Virus record (IMG/VR): IMGVR_UViG_3300035701_009377
Coordinates: 1-64,000 of that record
Direction: 5' to 3' (one strand)
DNA length: 64,000 nucleotides
Origin: a virus
Part shown: positions 27,273-36,308 of the stretch, in pieces
Layout of the letters: each line of letters opens with the position of its first letter
Numbering within the stretch: the first letter of the stretch is position 1
Notes under the pieces: generated by a model
The model's input: the letters and a program-made list of their open reading frames with translations, nothing else
Database searches by the model: none
Told to the model about the DNA's origin: nothing
Position numbers and translations under genes: made by a program

Positions 27273-28069
27273 CGCAAAAGGTGCTCGAAAGGAACGGCTT
27301 GCTTGCCGGGCAGCCACTCCCACAGGCTTGTCTGCCCGTTTTCGTCGATTCGAACGAAGGTGTCGTTCGTCCTGGCCCAGGTGCCCGTGTTGAAGTGGTA
27401 ATCGCCGATGCGGCCCGGCTCGTGGGTGTGGCCGTACACTACCACCTCCGCCCCGGCCTCTTTGCGCCACGCCTCCACGCCGTCGATCATTTCGTCCAGG
27501 CGGCCGTGCTGGAACGTCAGCTTCCGCCAGAGGGTCAAGGCGCTTTCCAGTGTGCCGACGAACTGGTCCTCCACGGCATGATGGTGTCCGTCGAACGGTC
27601 CCCGGTTGCGATCTTCCAGCAACCCGGAAATGATTGCCGTAATCTCCCCGCTGCCTGGGTTCAGATCGCGGCAGTAGGGGTCGGACTCATGGCCGTGAAG
27701 GAAGGCGAACCGCCGGCCGCCGATGGTCGCCTCGAAAGCCTTGGACATGGCAGGCAACTCAAGCCCGCGCAGTCCGACCGCGCTGCCCAGAAAGTCGGTC
27801 AGGGCATTGTCGTGGTTGCCGACGACCCACAAGGCCCCAAGCGGCCCCAGGTGTGTCAGGCGGGCTAACAAGTCCTGATAGGCGCGTATCGACTTGCTCA
27901 GATTGGCCTGCCACCAGTCGAATAAGTCGCCCAGGATGTAGAGTTGACCACCCTCGGCCTCCACGAAGTCCAGGAACTCGTGGAAGCGGGCCTCGCGGCC
28001 TTGCACCGCGAAGTTGTCGCGGTAGCCACGGTCGCACAGGTGCAGGTCGCTTACGCAGAAGATGGGCAT
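27269..28069 (-). CDS. Calcineurin-like metallophosphoesterase (LpxH-like)
   Basis: SDLHL, LGDLFD, GNHD, HGH, GHTH. Confidence 0.85.
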   Translation of the reverse strand: MPIFCVSDLHLCDRGYRDNFAVQGREARFHEFLDFVEAEGGQLYILGDLFDWWQANLSKSIRAYQDLLARLTHLGPLGALWVVGNHDNALTDFLGSAVGLRGLELPAMSKAFEATIGGRRFAFLHGHESDPYCRDLNPGSGEITAIISGLLEDRNRGPFDGHHHAVEDQFVGTLESALTLWRKLTFQHGRLDEMIDGVEAWRKEAGAEVVVYGHTHEPGRIGDYHFNTGTWARTNDTFVRIDENGQTSLWEWLPGKQAVPFEHLLR

Positions 28070-28179
28070 TGCTTTCTCCGTGAATGAGGCTGTGGCGGCT
28101 GGGCTCGAACTAGCGACGCACGGCTCTTCGTCCCATTCCTCGGGATGCTCGACAGGCCGGGCGTGGATCGGAACGTGAA

Positions 28180-28455
28180 TCATCGTTGGTGCTTCTCCAA
28201 GTAGTGTTCGATGAGCCGATCCATGCCGGCCTCCACGCTGGGCGACAGCCCGTAGATCAGCGTGGGGCGGGCCTCGCCGTAGCCGAGCAAGAGCGTGTAA
28301 ACGTAGTGCCTGCCGTCCCGACGATCCGTGACCGTCACGCGGCGGTAGTCGCCGCTCGTCACCCGCTCTTGTCCATCCATCGGGCCATCGACGAAGATGG
28401 CGCGAAACGGGCGTGTTTCCTTACAGGTGCGGCTCGTTTGTGAAGTCGAAGACAA
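28180..28455 (-). CDS. Hypothetical protein
   Basis: FVDGPMDG motif common in small phage proteins. Confidence 0.5.
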   Translation of the reverse strand: MSSTSQTSRTCKETRPFRAIFVDGPMDGQERVTSGDYRRVTVTDRRDGRHYVYTLLLGYGEARPTLIYGLSPSVEAGMDRLIEHYLEKHQR

Positions 28456-28596
28456 GCGTGTCGCCTTTGGTGAGGGTCAAGTCCTCGGGAACAACGACTC
28501 GGGCCACCATGCCGCCTGCGGGTCTTTGCCCCACGACGTAATAGGTCTGCATCGCTTTCGGGGACTGGCCCCGGCTGATGCGAAAGATGTCCAGTC

Positions 28597-28824
28597 TCAG
28601 TCTTTCGGGCACGACTTCATCTCCTGCAAGCGCTCGATCAAGCCGTCTGCGTCGAAGCGAAGTTCGTCGCCCGTCGCCAGCACGATGCAGCCGGGTGGAA
28701 AGACCACGCGGCAGGTGCCGTCGTCGCACCGCTGGACCATTTTGTCGGTGACGGCCAGCCGCTCGACGCACTCGCCGTCGCGCCAGTGCTCGATCGTCCA
28801 GCGTCCAGGTCGGTGAGGCATCAC
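28597..28824 (-). CDS. Hypothetical protein
   Basis: Coupled ORF. Confidence 0.5.
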   Translation of the reverse strand: MMPHRPGRWTIEHWRDGECVERLAVTDKMVQRCDDGTCRVVFPPGCIVLATGDELRFDADGLIERLQEMKSCPKD

Positions 28825-28955
28825 TTCTTCCGTTTCTTCGGCTTCGCGCGCGCGGGGAGCTTCTTGCCCTTTGGCGTGTGACCCTCAAACTCCTTTGCCA
28901 ACTTGGGATTGGTCGCCCAGAGGTAGCGCCGCTGGGCCTGACTTTGCATAGGCAT
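28821..28955 (-). CDS. Small basic phage protein (44 aa, not in ORF track)
   Basis: MPMQSQAQRRYLWATNPKLAKEFEGHTPKGKKLPARAKPKKRKK; AGGAG RBS. Confidence 0.65.
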   Translation of the reverse strand: MPMQSQAQRRYLWATNPKLAKEFEGHTPKGKKLPARAKPKKRKK

Positions 28956-28964
28956 TGCGGACTC

Positions 28965-29246
28965 CTACATGAGCAGGTGAATCACCCAGCCGACGCCGAG
29001 GGCGAACAACGGGGCGACGAACACGTCGGCCACCGTCTGTTCCTCTTTCTTGTGGTTGAGCAGAAAGTTGAGAAACACGGTTAGACCGATGGCCGGGGCC
29101 ACGCCCAAGGCGGGCACTCCGAATACCGGAGCGATCAGCCAGCCCCACAGAATCGAGAGGCAGAGGCCGCGCACGAGGACGGCCACGATACAAAGCAAAA
29201 GCACGCCCACGGTGGCGAACCCCAACAGAGCAACCAATTTCTTCAC
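28965..29246 (-). CDS. Membrane protein
   Basis: 3-4 hydrophobic helices. Confidence 0.65.
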   Translation of the reverse strand: MKKLVALLGFATVGVLLLCIVAVLVRGLCLSILWGWLIAPVFGVPALGVAPAIGLTVFLNFLLNHKKEEQTVADVFVAPLFALGVGWVIHLLM

Positions 29247-29247
29247 G

Positions 29248-30573
29248 TCATTTCTCCAAGTCCATCGGGCCGATCTCTCGGCCGCCGTCGATCCGGTAGC
29301 GCCGTGGGCCGTCCTTCTCGGCCGGCGTCCGTAGCTTGACGTTCATCCGCCAGGTGATTCCGTGCTTGGGGTTGACCCCGTGGAACCATTGGCACGGCTC
29401 GCGGTAGCCGCTGAGGCTGTTGTAGGCAAAGGCGTCGGTGCCCACCCACGAGCCGTTGACCAACAACTCGCCATCCACGTCCGAAAGGATGCTGGCGGCA
29501 TGGTGATGGCCGACACAGAAGTACCGGACCCGTGCTGCCCCTGCCGCCGCCCCCAGGGCGATCAGGCCCTTCTGTCGGCGCGTCATGCCGTACCAGGGGA
29601 TGCCCAGGTTCGAGCGGACATCATCGCCGTGGCTGATGTTGAACCCCACACCATTGATCTCGATGTTCGCACTCCAGGAGTCGGGAATCTGGAAGTGGAC
29701 GTTGCGCAGTTCCTTGCAGTAGAGGCGGGTCACTTCGGCGATCAGGTAGTCCCAATTGTCCTTGGCCCCGCCGTAGTCCTTCTTCGGTGTCCGCCGGCCG
29801 TGATTGCCGGCCAGGTAGAGGACATTCACCTGCTCGAAGTGGGGAGCCAGGTCGCGGTACATCAGGGCGTGAAGCTGCCCGATCGCCAAGCAGTTCTTGA
29901 ACTGGTTGCGGTAGTAGGACCGCTCCGCCGCCTTGTGGATTTCGCCGCTGGTGAAGTCGCCGTAGGCGAGCACGCTCAAAACGGGGAACGCGAACTTCGG
30001 AGCCAGCGTGTCCTGCGTCCACTCAATCACCGTGTCCACGTAGCGTTCGGCCCGACAGCACGACACCAGGAAGTCGTGCTTTTCCAGGTTGCCGACTTCC
30101 TCGGGCCGCACCACTTGATCGTGGTGGCCGTCCGAAAGGTGCATGACGACGTGCTCAGTAATCTGGGCCTTGCGCGGACAGGTGGCGGCCGGCGGCAGGG
30201 CCTCGAAGGGCTTGATCCGCTGGTCCATCTCGGCGACGACGGCCTTGAACAGGCCGGCGATCTTGGCGCTGGCCTTGACCCTTGCCCGCTCCCGGTTTCG
30301 TTCCTCGGTCAGGTGGACGATTTCCGATTCCAACTCCATGATCTTGGCATTGGTCGGGTCGTAGTTCTCAATCGGCTTCCGCTGCCCACCCCCGCGCTTC
30401 GGCACGGGCGGCCCGCCTTCGGGCCAGGGGACGCCGGCATAGATGCGCCCCGTGGCGATGTCCGAGACGGTTGACCGGCTGACGCCGAAGAGTCCCGCCA
30501 CCTTGGGCTGCGTCATGCCTTCGGCCAGCTTTGCCTTGAGTTCCTTCACCCGCTCTTCGCTGAGTTTTCTCAT
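29248..30573 (-). CDS. HTH + coiled coil + metallophosphoesterase
   Basis: N-terminal HTH; SDGH, GD, GNHGR, HGD, GHHH, NGS. Confidence 0.85.
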   Translation of the reverse strand: MRKLSEERVKELKAKLAEGMTQPKVAGLFGVSRSTVSDIATGRIYAGVPWPEGGPPVPKRGGGQRKPIENYDPTNAKIMELESEIVHLTEERNRERARVKASAKIAGLFKAVVAEMDQRIKPFEALPPAATCPRKAQITEHVVMHLSDGHHDQVVRPEEVGNLEKHDFLVSCCRAERYVDTVIEWTQDTLAPKFAFPVLSVLAYGDFTSGEIHKAAERSYYRNQFKNCLAIGQLHALMYRDLAPHFEQVNVLYLAGNHGRRTPKKDYGGAKDNWDYLIAEVTRLYCKELRNVHFQIPDSWSANIEINGVGFNISHGDDVRSNLGIPWYGMTRRQKGLIALGAAAGAARVRYFCVGHHHAASILSDVDGELLVNGSWVGTDAFAYNSLSGYREPCQWFHGVNPKHGITWRMNVKLRTPAEKDGPRRYRIDGGREIGPMDLEK

Positions 30574-30592
30574 CCTGTTGCCACCTCTGATG

Positions 30593-30751
30593 TTAGTCGA
30601 ACGCCCAGCCGTCGAGTTTCTTGTCCATCACTTCGGGATTGATGCGTGCCTTCCGCCGGTTCTTTCGATGAAGCGCCTTCTTGAAGTCGCGTTTCGCCTT
30701 CGGGGCATCGCAGGCCCGCGTTGTGCGCTTCCAGCTATTCGGTCGGCCCAT
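30593..30751 (-). CDS. Small basic protein
   Basis: GAGGT RBS; K/R-rich 52 aa. Confidence 0.5.
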   Translation of the reverse strand: MGRPNSWKRTTRACDAPKAKRDFKKALHRKNRRKARINPEVMDKKLDGWAFD

Positions 30752-30880
30752 CGGGCACCTCGTTAAACCCCCAGAGCAGCCCACAGCGAGCTGATTCAAG
30801 AGAGGCCGGGCGGCGCTGCCCGCCGCCGCCCAGTCGAAATCGTCGGTCAGGCCAAGATCGGGCAGACGAGAGGGGTGGCC

Positions 30881-31882
30881 TCAGAGCGACCGACTGCTCG
30901 CGCGAGTAAGGAATCGCTCGACCCACTTGATCCCGTCGTTGAAGTCGAATGGCGGTTTACAGGCAGCAGGCGGCTCCTCGGGACCGTCAATTGCTGGATT
31001 GCGTTGTGGATACCCGCCCGGCGACTGGCCGGCATCTTCCACGGGAATCGCCTCGATCTCCTTCATGGTTGGCATGGGCACATCGGCATTGATGGCCCAC
31101 TCGATCTTCGACGCCTTGGCCCAAGCGTGGATGCGCCGCACGGGAACGATGAAATTGAAGCCCTGCAACTGCATCACGCCCTGGGTCAACATGCCGATGT
31201 ACAGGCCGCTGTCCTTCAGGTACATGCCGCCACCGGACGAACCGGGGAACGAGACGGTCGTGACCTGATCAAAGACCTTGACATTGGCACCCTTCATCGG
31301 CAGGGTTCGGCCTACTTGCGACAGAACGCCGGTGGTATAACTATTGGCCCCGAACTGCCCCAGCAGGCTGCCGCAATGGCTCAGATCGACCCCGATTGCC
31401 GGGATGTAGTTCGGGTCTTTATGGAACCGGGCGCACACGTTGAGTGGATACGCCCCTTTGCAGCGGACCATCAGCACCGCCAGGTCTTCGCCGTAGTCGG
31501 CGTCGCTGGCCTTGATGACCTTGCAGTCGTACTTGACCTCGCCCACCCGGCGGCCGTCCTGCTGCCGTTCCTGGACGATCTCGGCGTCCTTGTATTCGAC
31601 CAGAATCCGGGGCGTGCCCTGGGACGTGACCACGGTGCGCGTGGTGCGGAGGCCATCGACAACATGGGCCGCCGTCCAGATGAAGGTCACGGTATCGTCG
31701 CCCACCTGCCGGGTGACGAGGGTGCCGGAGCCCTGGGCGCGGCCCGCCTTGATGGTGACGCTCACTTTCTGCAAATCATCGGGAACACTGGCGATTGCCG
31801 GGACCGCGGCCAGAGCGATCAGGGTCAGGACCACAAGCACGTATTTCATCGTTGCAACTCCAGGGGTGAAAAGGATGTTCAC
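30881..31882 (-). CDS. Secreted trypsin-like serine protease
   Basis: Signal peptide; GSG, TAAHVV, DLAVL, PGSSGGG triad motifs. Confidence 0.88.
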   Translation of the reverse strand: MNILFTPGVATMKYVLVVLTLIALAAVPAIASVPDDLQKVSVTIKAGRAQGSGTLVTRQVGDDTVTFIWTAAHVVDGLRTTRTVVTSQGTPRILVEYKDAEIVQERQQDGRRVGEVKYDCKVIKASDADYGEDLAVLMVRCKGAYPLNVCARFHKDPNYIPAIGVDLSHCGSLLGQFGANSYTTGVLSQVGRTLPMKGANVKVFDQVTTVSFPGSSGGGMYLKDSGLYIGMLTQGVMQLQGFNFIVPVRRIHAWAKASKIEWAINADVPMPTMKEIEAIPVEDAGQSPGGYPQRNPAIDGPEEPPAACKPPFDFNDGIKWVERFLTRASSRSL

Positions 31883-32190
31883 TCAATCACTTCAACTTCG
31901 ACCATCGACTCGTACTCGGGCTGGAAGGAGGCGAGCAAGGCTTCAACGATGTCGTCACGAACGGTCTCGCAGTGCCAGTGGCGAGGCCGCACCGTGGCCT
32001 CAGCCACCAGAATCGCGTCCTCTCCCGGCTCCTCGAACTTCAGACGAGTGAGCATGGCGAGCGACGGCGGCAGGTCTTCGTCCGCAGGTGGCGGGAAGAT
32101 CGACCGCAGCAGTTCTCGTAGACCGTGCTTGGACGGCTGGGTTTCCCATGTGCCTTCGGAAAGCGCCACTCTGCAAACAACATGGCTCAC
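31879..32190 (-). CDS. Hypothetical protein
   Basis: GTGA-coupled ORF. Confidence 0.5.
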   Translation of the reverse strand: MSHVVCRVALSEGTWETQPSKHGLRELLRSIFPPPADEDLPPSLAMLTRLKFEEPGEDAILVAEATVRPRHWHCETVRDDIVEALLASFQPEYESMVEVEVIE

Positions 32191-34154
32191 GTTACCGCTT
32201 CCTCCACCTGTAACTCTCCGTTGCCGGTATCGTTCCAATCGACGCCCTCCAAGACCTCTCCCAAGGTCATCAGTTCTAAGCGGCGATTCGCACGAATGAC
32301 CTCAAGGACGCGCTCGTCGCTTGGCAGGTGAATCAGGTCCACGATCGTGCATCCCAGGTTCTCGTCCATGCCTTTGCGGTGGATGCGGTCTTCGCTCTGC
32401 ACGCGGTACTCGGGCTTCCAGGAGTTGGACCAGTAAACCGCCATGCGGGCCTCGACCAGGGTCAGCGACATGCCGCCGGACTCCGGGTTGGCGACGAAGG
32501 CCACCTTGGGATGCTCCAGGTTGGCCCAATAGTCCAGCGGCTCCTCGCTGATGTCGCTCTTCCCATCTCCTTCATCGTTGGAGAACACTTGGAACTCACC
32601 CTGATCGCACCGCACCACGTCCCAGCCTTGCGTGAGGCACAGCCTGACGATGCGGTCCACCGAGCCGGTGAAACCGGCAAACACCACCAGCCGGCCGACT
32701 TCCTCGTTCTCCTCCAAGAGCATCTTGAGGGCGGCGTCTTTCGGACAGGGAATCTCCTGGGCGATGCGCGTGATCTTGGCGACTTCCCGCGTGCCGCCGC
32801 AGGCCGGGCAAGGCGCGGTCTGTCTTACGAGCGTGGCAACAAACTCCGGGTCCATCAGGTCCACCGTGCGGTAGACCCGCTCGGGATCGCTCGGATCGAC
32901 CCACTCGTCCACTGTTCCGTCAGTACAGTGCGTGCATCGCGTCACGCCGTCCTTGATCTCGCGGTACTGGAAGCCGTCGCTCAATTCGCGCAAGAGCGTC
33001 ATGCCCGTGACCGCGTTCACAGCCGAATCGACGAGCGCCTGGGCGACCCGCAAGGTGCTGGGAGTCGGCTTGCAGACGATCTTGCGGTATCGCTTTTCGG
33101 GCAGGTTCAGGCAGTCCTTCTTGTGCTTGACGATCGCCAGCCCCTTGAGCCGTTCGTAGAGCAAGGCAACCTCGTTCTTGCTCGGCTCATAGGAGTGGTA
33201 GCCATCGTCGAAGTCGTCGGGATCGTGCGGACCTTCTTCCCGTAGCTTGCCGCACTTGATGCACTTCCGTTGGTCGTCCTTCCAGCCAATGCGCTTCTTG
33301 AAGGTGCCCACGGACTCGTAGGTCTGATCGACCATGAAGCCGAGGCGCTGTTCCATCGCCTTCGGGCTGCCCTCTTTGAGAAAGCCTGGCCACGCAATCT
33401 CGCACTGACTCCACCAGTCCACGGGCGTCTTGGGTGAAGGCGTGCCCGACATCTCGATGACGTAGCCCTCGTGGTCGTACCTCTCGCGGATCATGTCGGC
33501 GAGCTTCTGGCACGCCTCCGAACGCTGCGCCGCGGCGTTCTTACACCGGCTCGACTCGTCGCAAATGAATCCTTGCGGCAAGACTTGCGATCCGTCCCAA
33601 TGATCCACGACGGTCTTCAAGCCCTCGTAGGTAAAGAACTCGACCTGAATCTTGTCAAACGGGAAATGCCACTTACGCAGTTCCCGCTTGATGTTCGGCA
33701 GGCTCGTCTTGGGGCCGACCCACCACCACAAATTGATGCCAGAGCGCTCCATGACTTCCTGGGCAGCCAGGGTCTTGCCCGTGCCCATTTCGGCCGCGAA
33801 TATCTGGAAGTGGTAGGTCAGGCCGGCGTCGGCCAGGTCGCGCTGGTGCGGCATCAGCGGACGGGCGTAGTCGTGGCGCACGAGCGGCTGGTCGAACCAC
33901 ACAAACACGTTCTCGCCCATCAGGAAGGCAAGCTGGAAGCGGTTGCGTTGGCAGTCCTCCACGGACCACATCTTCTGTGGCTTCTCGTCGTCGTAGCCGT
34001 GCCACCGCGAGCCGCGCATCGCCTTGATCTCATCCTTGAGCGAGTAGGGCGACTCGACGAACCAGATGCGGCCGTCCTTGCGCTCGATCTTGGCGGCGAC
34101 CCGGATCAGGCTGCCGGAGTCGGTGCGGGTCGTCAGCTTGATGTTCTCGATCAT
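32187..34154 (-). CDS. SNF2-like SF2 helicase with Zn-finger inserts
   Basis: EMGTGKT, DESS, SGTP, QSEDRIHRKG; CIKC, CTHC...CPACGG. Confidence 0.9.
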   Translation of the reverse strand: MIENIKLTTRTDSGSLIRVAAKIERKDGRIWFVESPYSLKDEIKAMRGSRWHGYDDEKPQKMWSVEDCQRNRFQLAFLMGENVFVWFDQPLVRHDYARPLMPHQRDLADAGLTYHFQIFAAEMGTGKTLAAQEVMERSGINLWWWVGPKTSLPNIKRELRKWHFPFDKIQVEFFTYEGLKTVVDHWDGSQVLPQGFICDESSRCKNAAAQRSEACQKLADMIRERYDHEGYVIEMSGTPSPKTPVDWWSQCEIAWPGFLKEGSPKAMEQRLGFMVDQTYESVGTFKKRIGWKDDQRKCIKCGKLREEGPHDPDDFDDGYHSYEPSKNEVALLYERLKGLAIVKHKKDCLNLPEKRYRKIVCKPTPSTLRVAQALVDSAVNAVTGMTLLRELSDGFQYREIKDGVTRCTHCTDGTVDEWVDPSDPERVYRTVDLMDPEFVATLVRQTAPCPACGGTREVAKITRIAQEIPCPKDAALKMLLEENEEVGRLVVFAGFTGSVDRIVRLCLTQGWDVVRCDQGEFQVFSNDEGDGKSDISEEPLDYWANLEHPKVAFVANPESGGMSLTLVEARMAVYWSNSWKPEYRVQSEDRIHRKGMDENLGCTIVDLIHLPSDERVLEVIRANRRLELMTLGEVLEGVDWNDTGNGELQVEEAVT

Positions 34155-34345
34155 CAGATGACTCCCTGCTCGATCTGGTCGGCGATCTCGCGGAGCACCT
34201 GGGCCTCGTGCGACTTGGCAATGACGTGCCGAGGGCGGTCAAAGATGTAGGCGAGGCGAGAGACCTCATTGGAAGTCGCCGAGGCCCGCTGCCGAAGGGA
34301 AGCGGCGATTCGTTTACGGTCGTTTACACGTACTTGTTCGCTCAT
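34154..34345 (-). CDS. Hypothetical protein
   Basis: AAGGA RBS; coupled to helicase. Confidence 0.55.
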   Translation of the reverse strand: MSEQVRVNDRKRIAASLRQRASATSNEVSRLAYIFDRPRHVIAKSHEAQVLREIADQIEQGVI

Positions 34346-34391
34346 GTATTCCTTCTCTCGTTCACTGAAGTCGCAAAACACTTGAAAGCGC

Positions 34392-35561
34392 CTACAAGGA
34401 TTCCAGTCGGCTCGTCGCGATCTCGCAGTAGTGCTCGTCGAGTTCAACGCCGATGCAACGACGACCGATTTGTCGGGCGGCCAGGAGCGTCGTGCCGCTG
34501 CCGGCGAACGGGTCGAGGATCACGCCGCCCTCTGGGGTCGAAAGGAGGGTCAGTAGATATTCCATCAGCGCGAGAGGTTTGACCGTGGCGTGATCGTTGC
34601 CCGGCCCGCGCTCCTTCTTCGTGGCCTTCGAGCAATAGAAGAATCGGCTTGCCCCGCCAGAGTCGCCGTAGCTCACCTGCACGTCGCCCGCTTTACCGAT
34701 GCGCCCGTGATAGCCATCACCGGGCTTGCTGCGGACACAGTTCGTGCCGCTGGTGAGAGTGCCGGTCTGGGCGTCGAGAAGGCGGGCTGCTTCCTCGTCC
34801 AAGAGCAGGTTCGCCGGCCAACGACCACACTCTGAACCGCCCACGGGCGAACGATTAGTGCTGGCCCAGCCCGCGTCAGTCAGGCTATCGCCGCGCGTGC
34901 GAACGGTGCTCTCGGTGCCGATGCGGGAGGCGTCGATGTTCATGCCGGCCACGCCCCACGTCAGGGCATTGTGGGCAATCGTGCCGTCCAACGGCTTCAT
35001 CGCGAGGACGAGCGGCTCGAAGGCCGGCTTCAGGGCCATCGCCCAGCCGGTCCATTTCGTCGCTTCGGGAGTAGCCGGGGCTGTGATGGCGCACTCCGCC
35101 TCGGGATTGTGCAGGTCGCCGTAGACCTCGTTCGTGCGGCCATTGTTCGCCAAGGAGTAGCCGGGCCGCCCCAGCTTCGTGCCGATGACTTCGCGCTTGA
35201 TCCCCTTGGCCTTGTCGATGAGCTTGCCGATGTCGCCGCACTTGGGCATCCCCTGCCCATAGAGCCACATCAGGCAGTCCCGGATTTCCCAGCCGGCCTC
35301 TTCGATGGCGCAGGTCAGGCGGTGGTAGGTCCGCGTGCCACCGAAGGCCAGCAGCAGCGCACCCGGCTTGCACACGCGGGCAATGGCCTGCCAATAGAGC
35401 GGGCCGGGGACGCCGTGGTCCCAGCCCTTGCCCATGAAGGAAAGGCCGTAGGGCGGGTCTGTGAGCGCGAAGTCAACCGACGCCTCGGGCAGCGCCGGCA
35501 GCACGTCGAGCAAGTCGCCGTGGTAGATCGTGATGTCGTTCTTGTCGTAGTACGGTTGCAA
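34392..35561 (-). CDS. N4/N6 DNA methyltransferase, paralog of 16455-17840
   Basis: TDPPYG, HATVKP, ILDPFAGSGTT; near-identical termini to paralog. Confidence 0.92.
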   Translation of the reverse strand: MQPYYDKNDITIYHGDLLDVLPALPEASVDFALTDPPYGLSFMGKGWDHGVPGPLYWQAIARVCKPGALLLAFGGTRTYHRLTCAIEEAGWEIRDCLMWLYGQGMPKCGDIGKLIDKAKGIKREVIGTKLGRPGYSLANNGRTNEVYGDLHNPEAECAITAPATPEATKWTGWAMALKPAFEPLVLAMKPLDGTIAHNALTWGVAGMNIDASRIGTESTVRTRGDSLTDAGWASTNRSPVGGSECGRWPANLLLDEEAARLLDAQTGTLTSGTNCVRSKPGDGYHGRIGKAGDVQVSYGDSGGASRFFYCSKATKKERGPGNDHATVKPLALMEYLLTLLSTPEGGVILDPFAGSGTTLLAARQIGRRCIGVELDEHYCEIATSRLESL

Positions 35562-35627
35562 AGGATCACCAAGCCACAACAGGCATGTATCTATCAGTTG
35601 GTATGCAGAACGCTGCCCAAATGGCGG

Positions 35628-36152
35628 CTACTGGCGGCATTTGTTTTCCAGGAAGAAGGTTTGGTCCGGGGCTTCGCGCGAGCGGAAGTCGCCCCAGACG
35701 TTCAGGCCCGCGGCGTTGAACAGGCCGTAGATTTTGTTGAAGCAGCAGCGAACCGACGGTTCGGCCGTAGGGCTTGAACCGGATTTGACGGCATCGCGCC
35801 ATTGGCCGAGCGTGCCGGTTATGACGGCCGCTAACACCCCGCGAGCCAGGCTTTCTGCCGTCACAAACGGCATACTCGCTGCAAACTGCAAGATGTCGAG
35901 CATGTCCCGCTCGTCGGCGGCCAGAAACACGCTGAACGAGACGTGGGCCAACAGATTTGGCAGCAGGCCGACCGGGGCCTGTGGATCGCGCAGCGCCGCC
36001 AGGCAGCTTAGGAACCGCTCGGCGTCCGACAATTCCCGGCGACAGGCGTCTGTTTGCTGCGCCGGGCTGTAGCCCAAGACCTTGTGGCTGACGCCCAGGA
36101 AGGTGCGGAAATCGACGTTGGGCTGCGTAATCAGGATCGCGTCTGGCTGCAT
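35628..36152 (-). CDS. Degenerate ThyX/Thy1-fold protein
   Basis: LLAHVSFSV, ITGTLGQWRDAV, EPSVRCCFNKIY resemble the ThyX core; RHRx7S motif absent. Confidence 0.5.
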   Translation of the reverse strand: MQPDAILITQPNVDFRTFLGVSHKVLGYSPAQQTDACRRELSDAERFLSCLAALRDPQAPVGLLPNLLAHVSFSVFLAADERDMLDILQFAASMPFVTAESLARGVLAAVITGTLGQWRDAVKSGSSPTAEPSVRCCFNKIYGLFNAAGLNVWGDFRSREAPDQTFFLENKCRQ

Positions 36153-36176
36153 TGCCTGCTTCTCTGACGAGGGAAA

Positions 36177-36260
36177 GAACGCCGCCGGGATTCGCACCCG
36201 GACCTCCGAACCGGCCCCAGTCGGGATGCCGGTCGGCGTGCTGCTTGACACCACGGTGTC
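36177..36260 (-). ncRNA. tRNA-like RNA with elongated anticodon arm
   Basis: Acceptor GACACCG/CGGCGTT, D-stem GTGT/GCAC, 31-nt hairpin, AGGT, T-arm CCGGG-TGCGAAT-CCCGG. Confidence 0.65.
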
Positions 36261-36298
36261 GAGAACCCCGCCGGGGCCTTGCGGCAAGTCCGGCAGGG
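36261..36298 (-). terminator. GC-rich hairpin after SSB-like gene
   Basis: CCCTGCCGG...CCGGCGGGG followed by TTCTC. Confidence 0.45.
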
Positions 36299-36308
36299 AG
36301 AAAATGGA

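Noticed and set aside
36177-36260. Functional decoding tRNA
   Set aside because: No 7-nt anticodon loop, no D-loop GG, non-canonical T-loop and an acceptor mismatch; kept only as a tRNA-like RNA.
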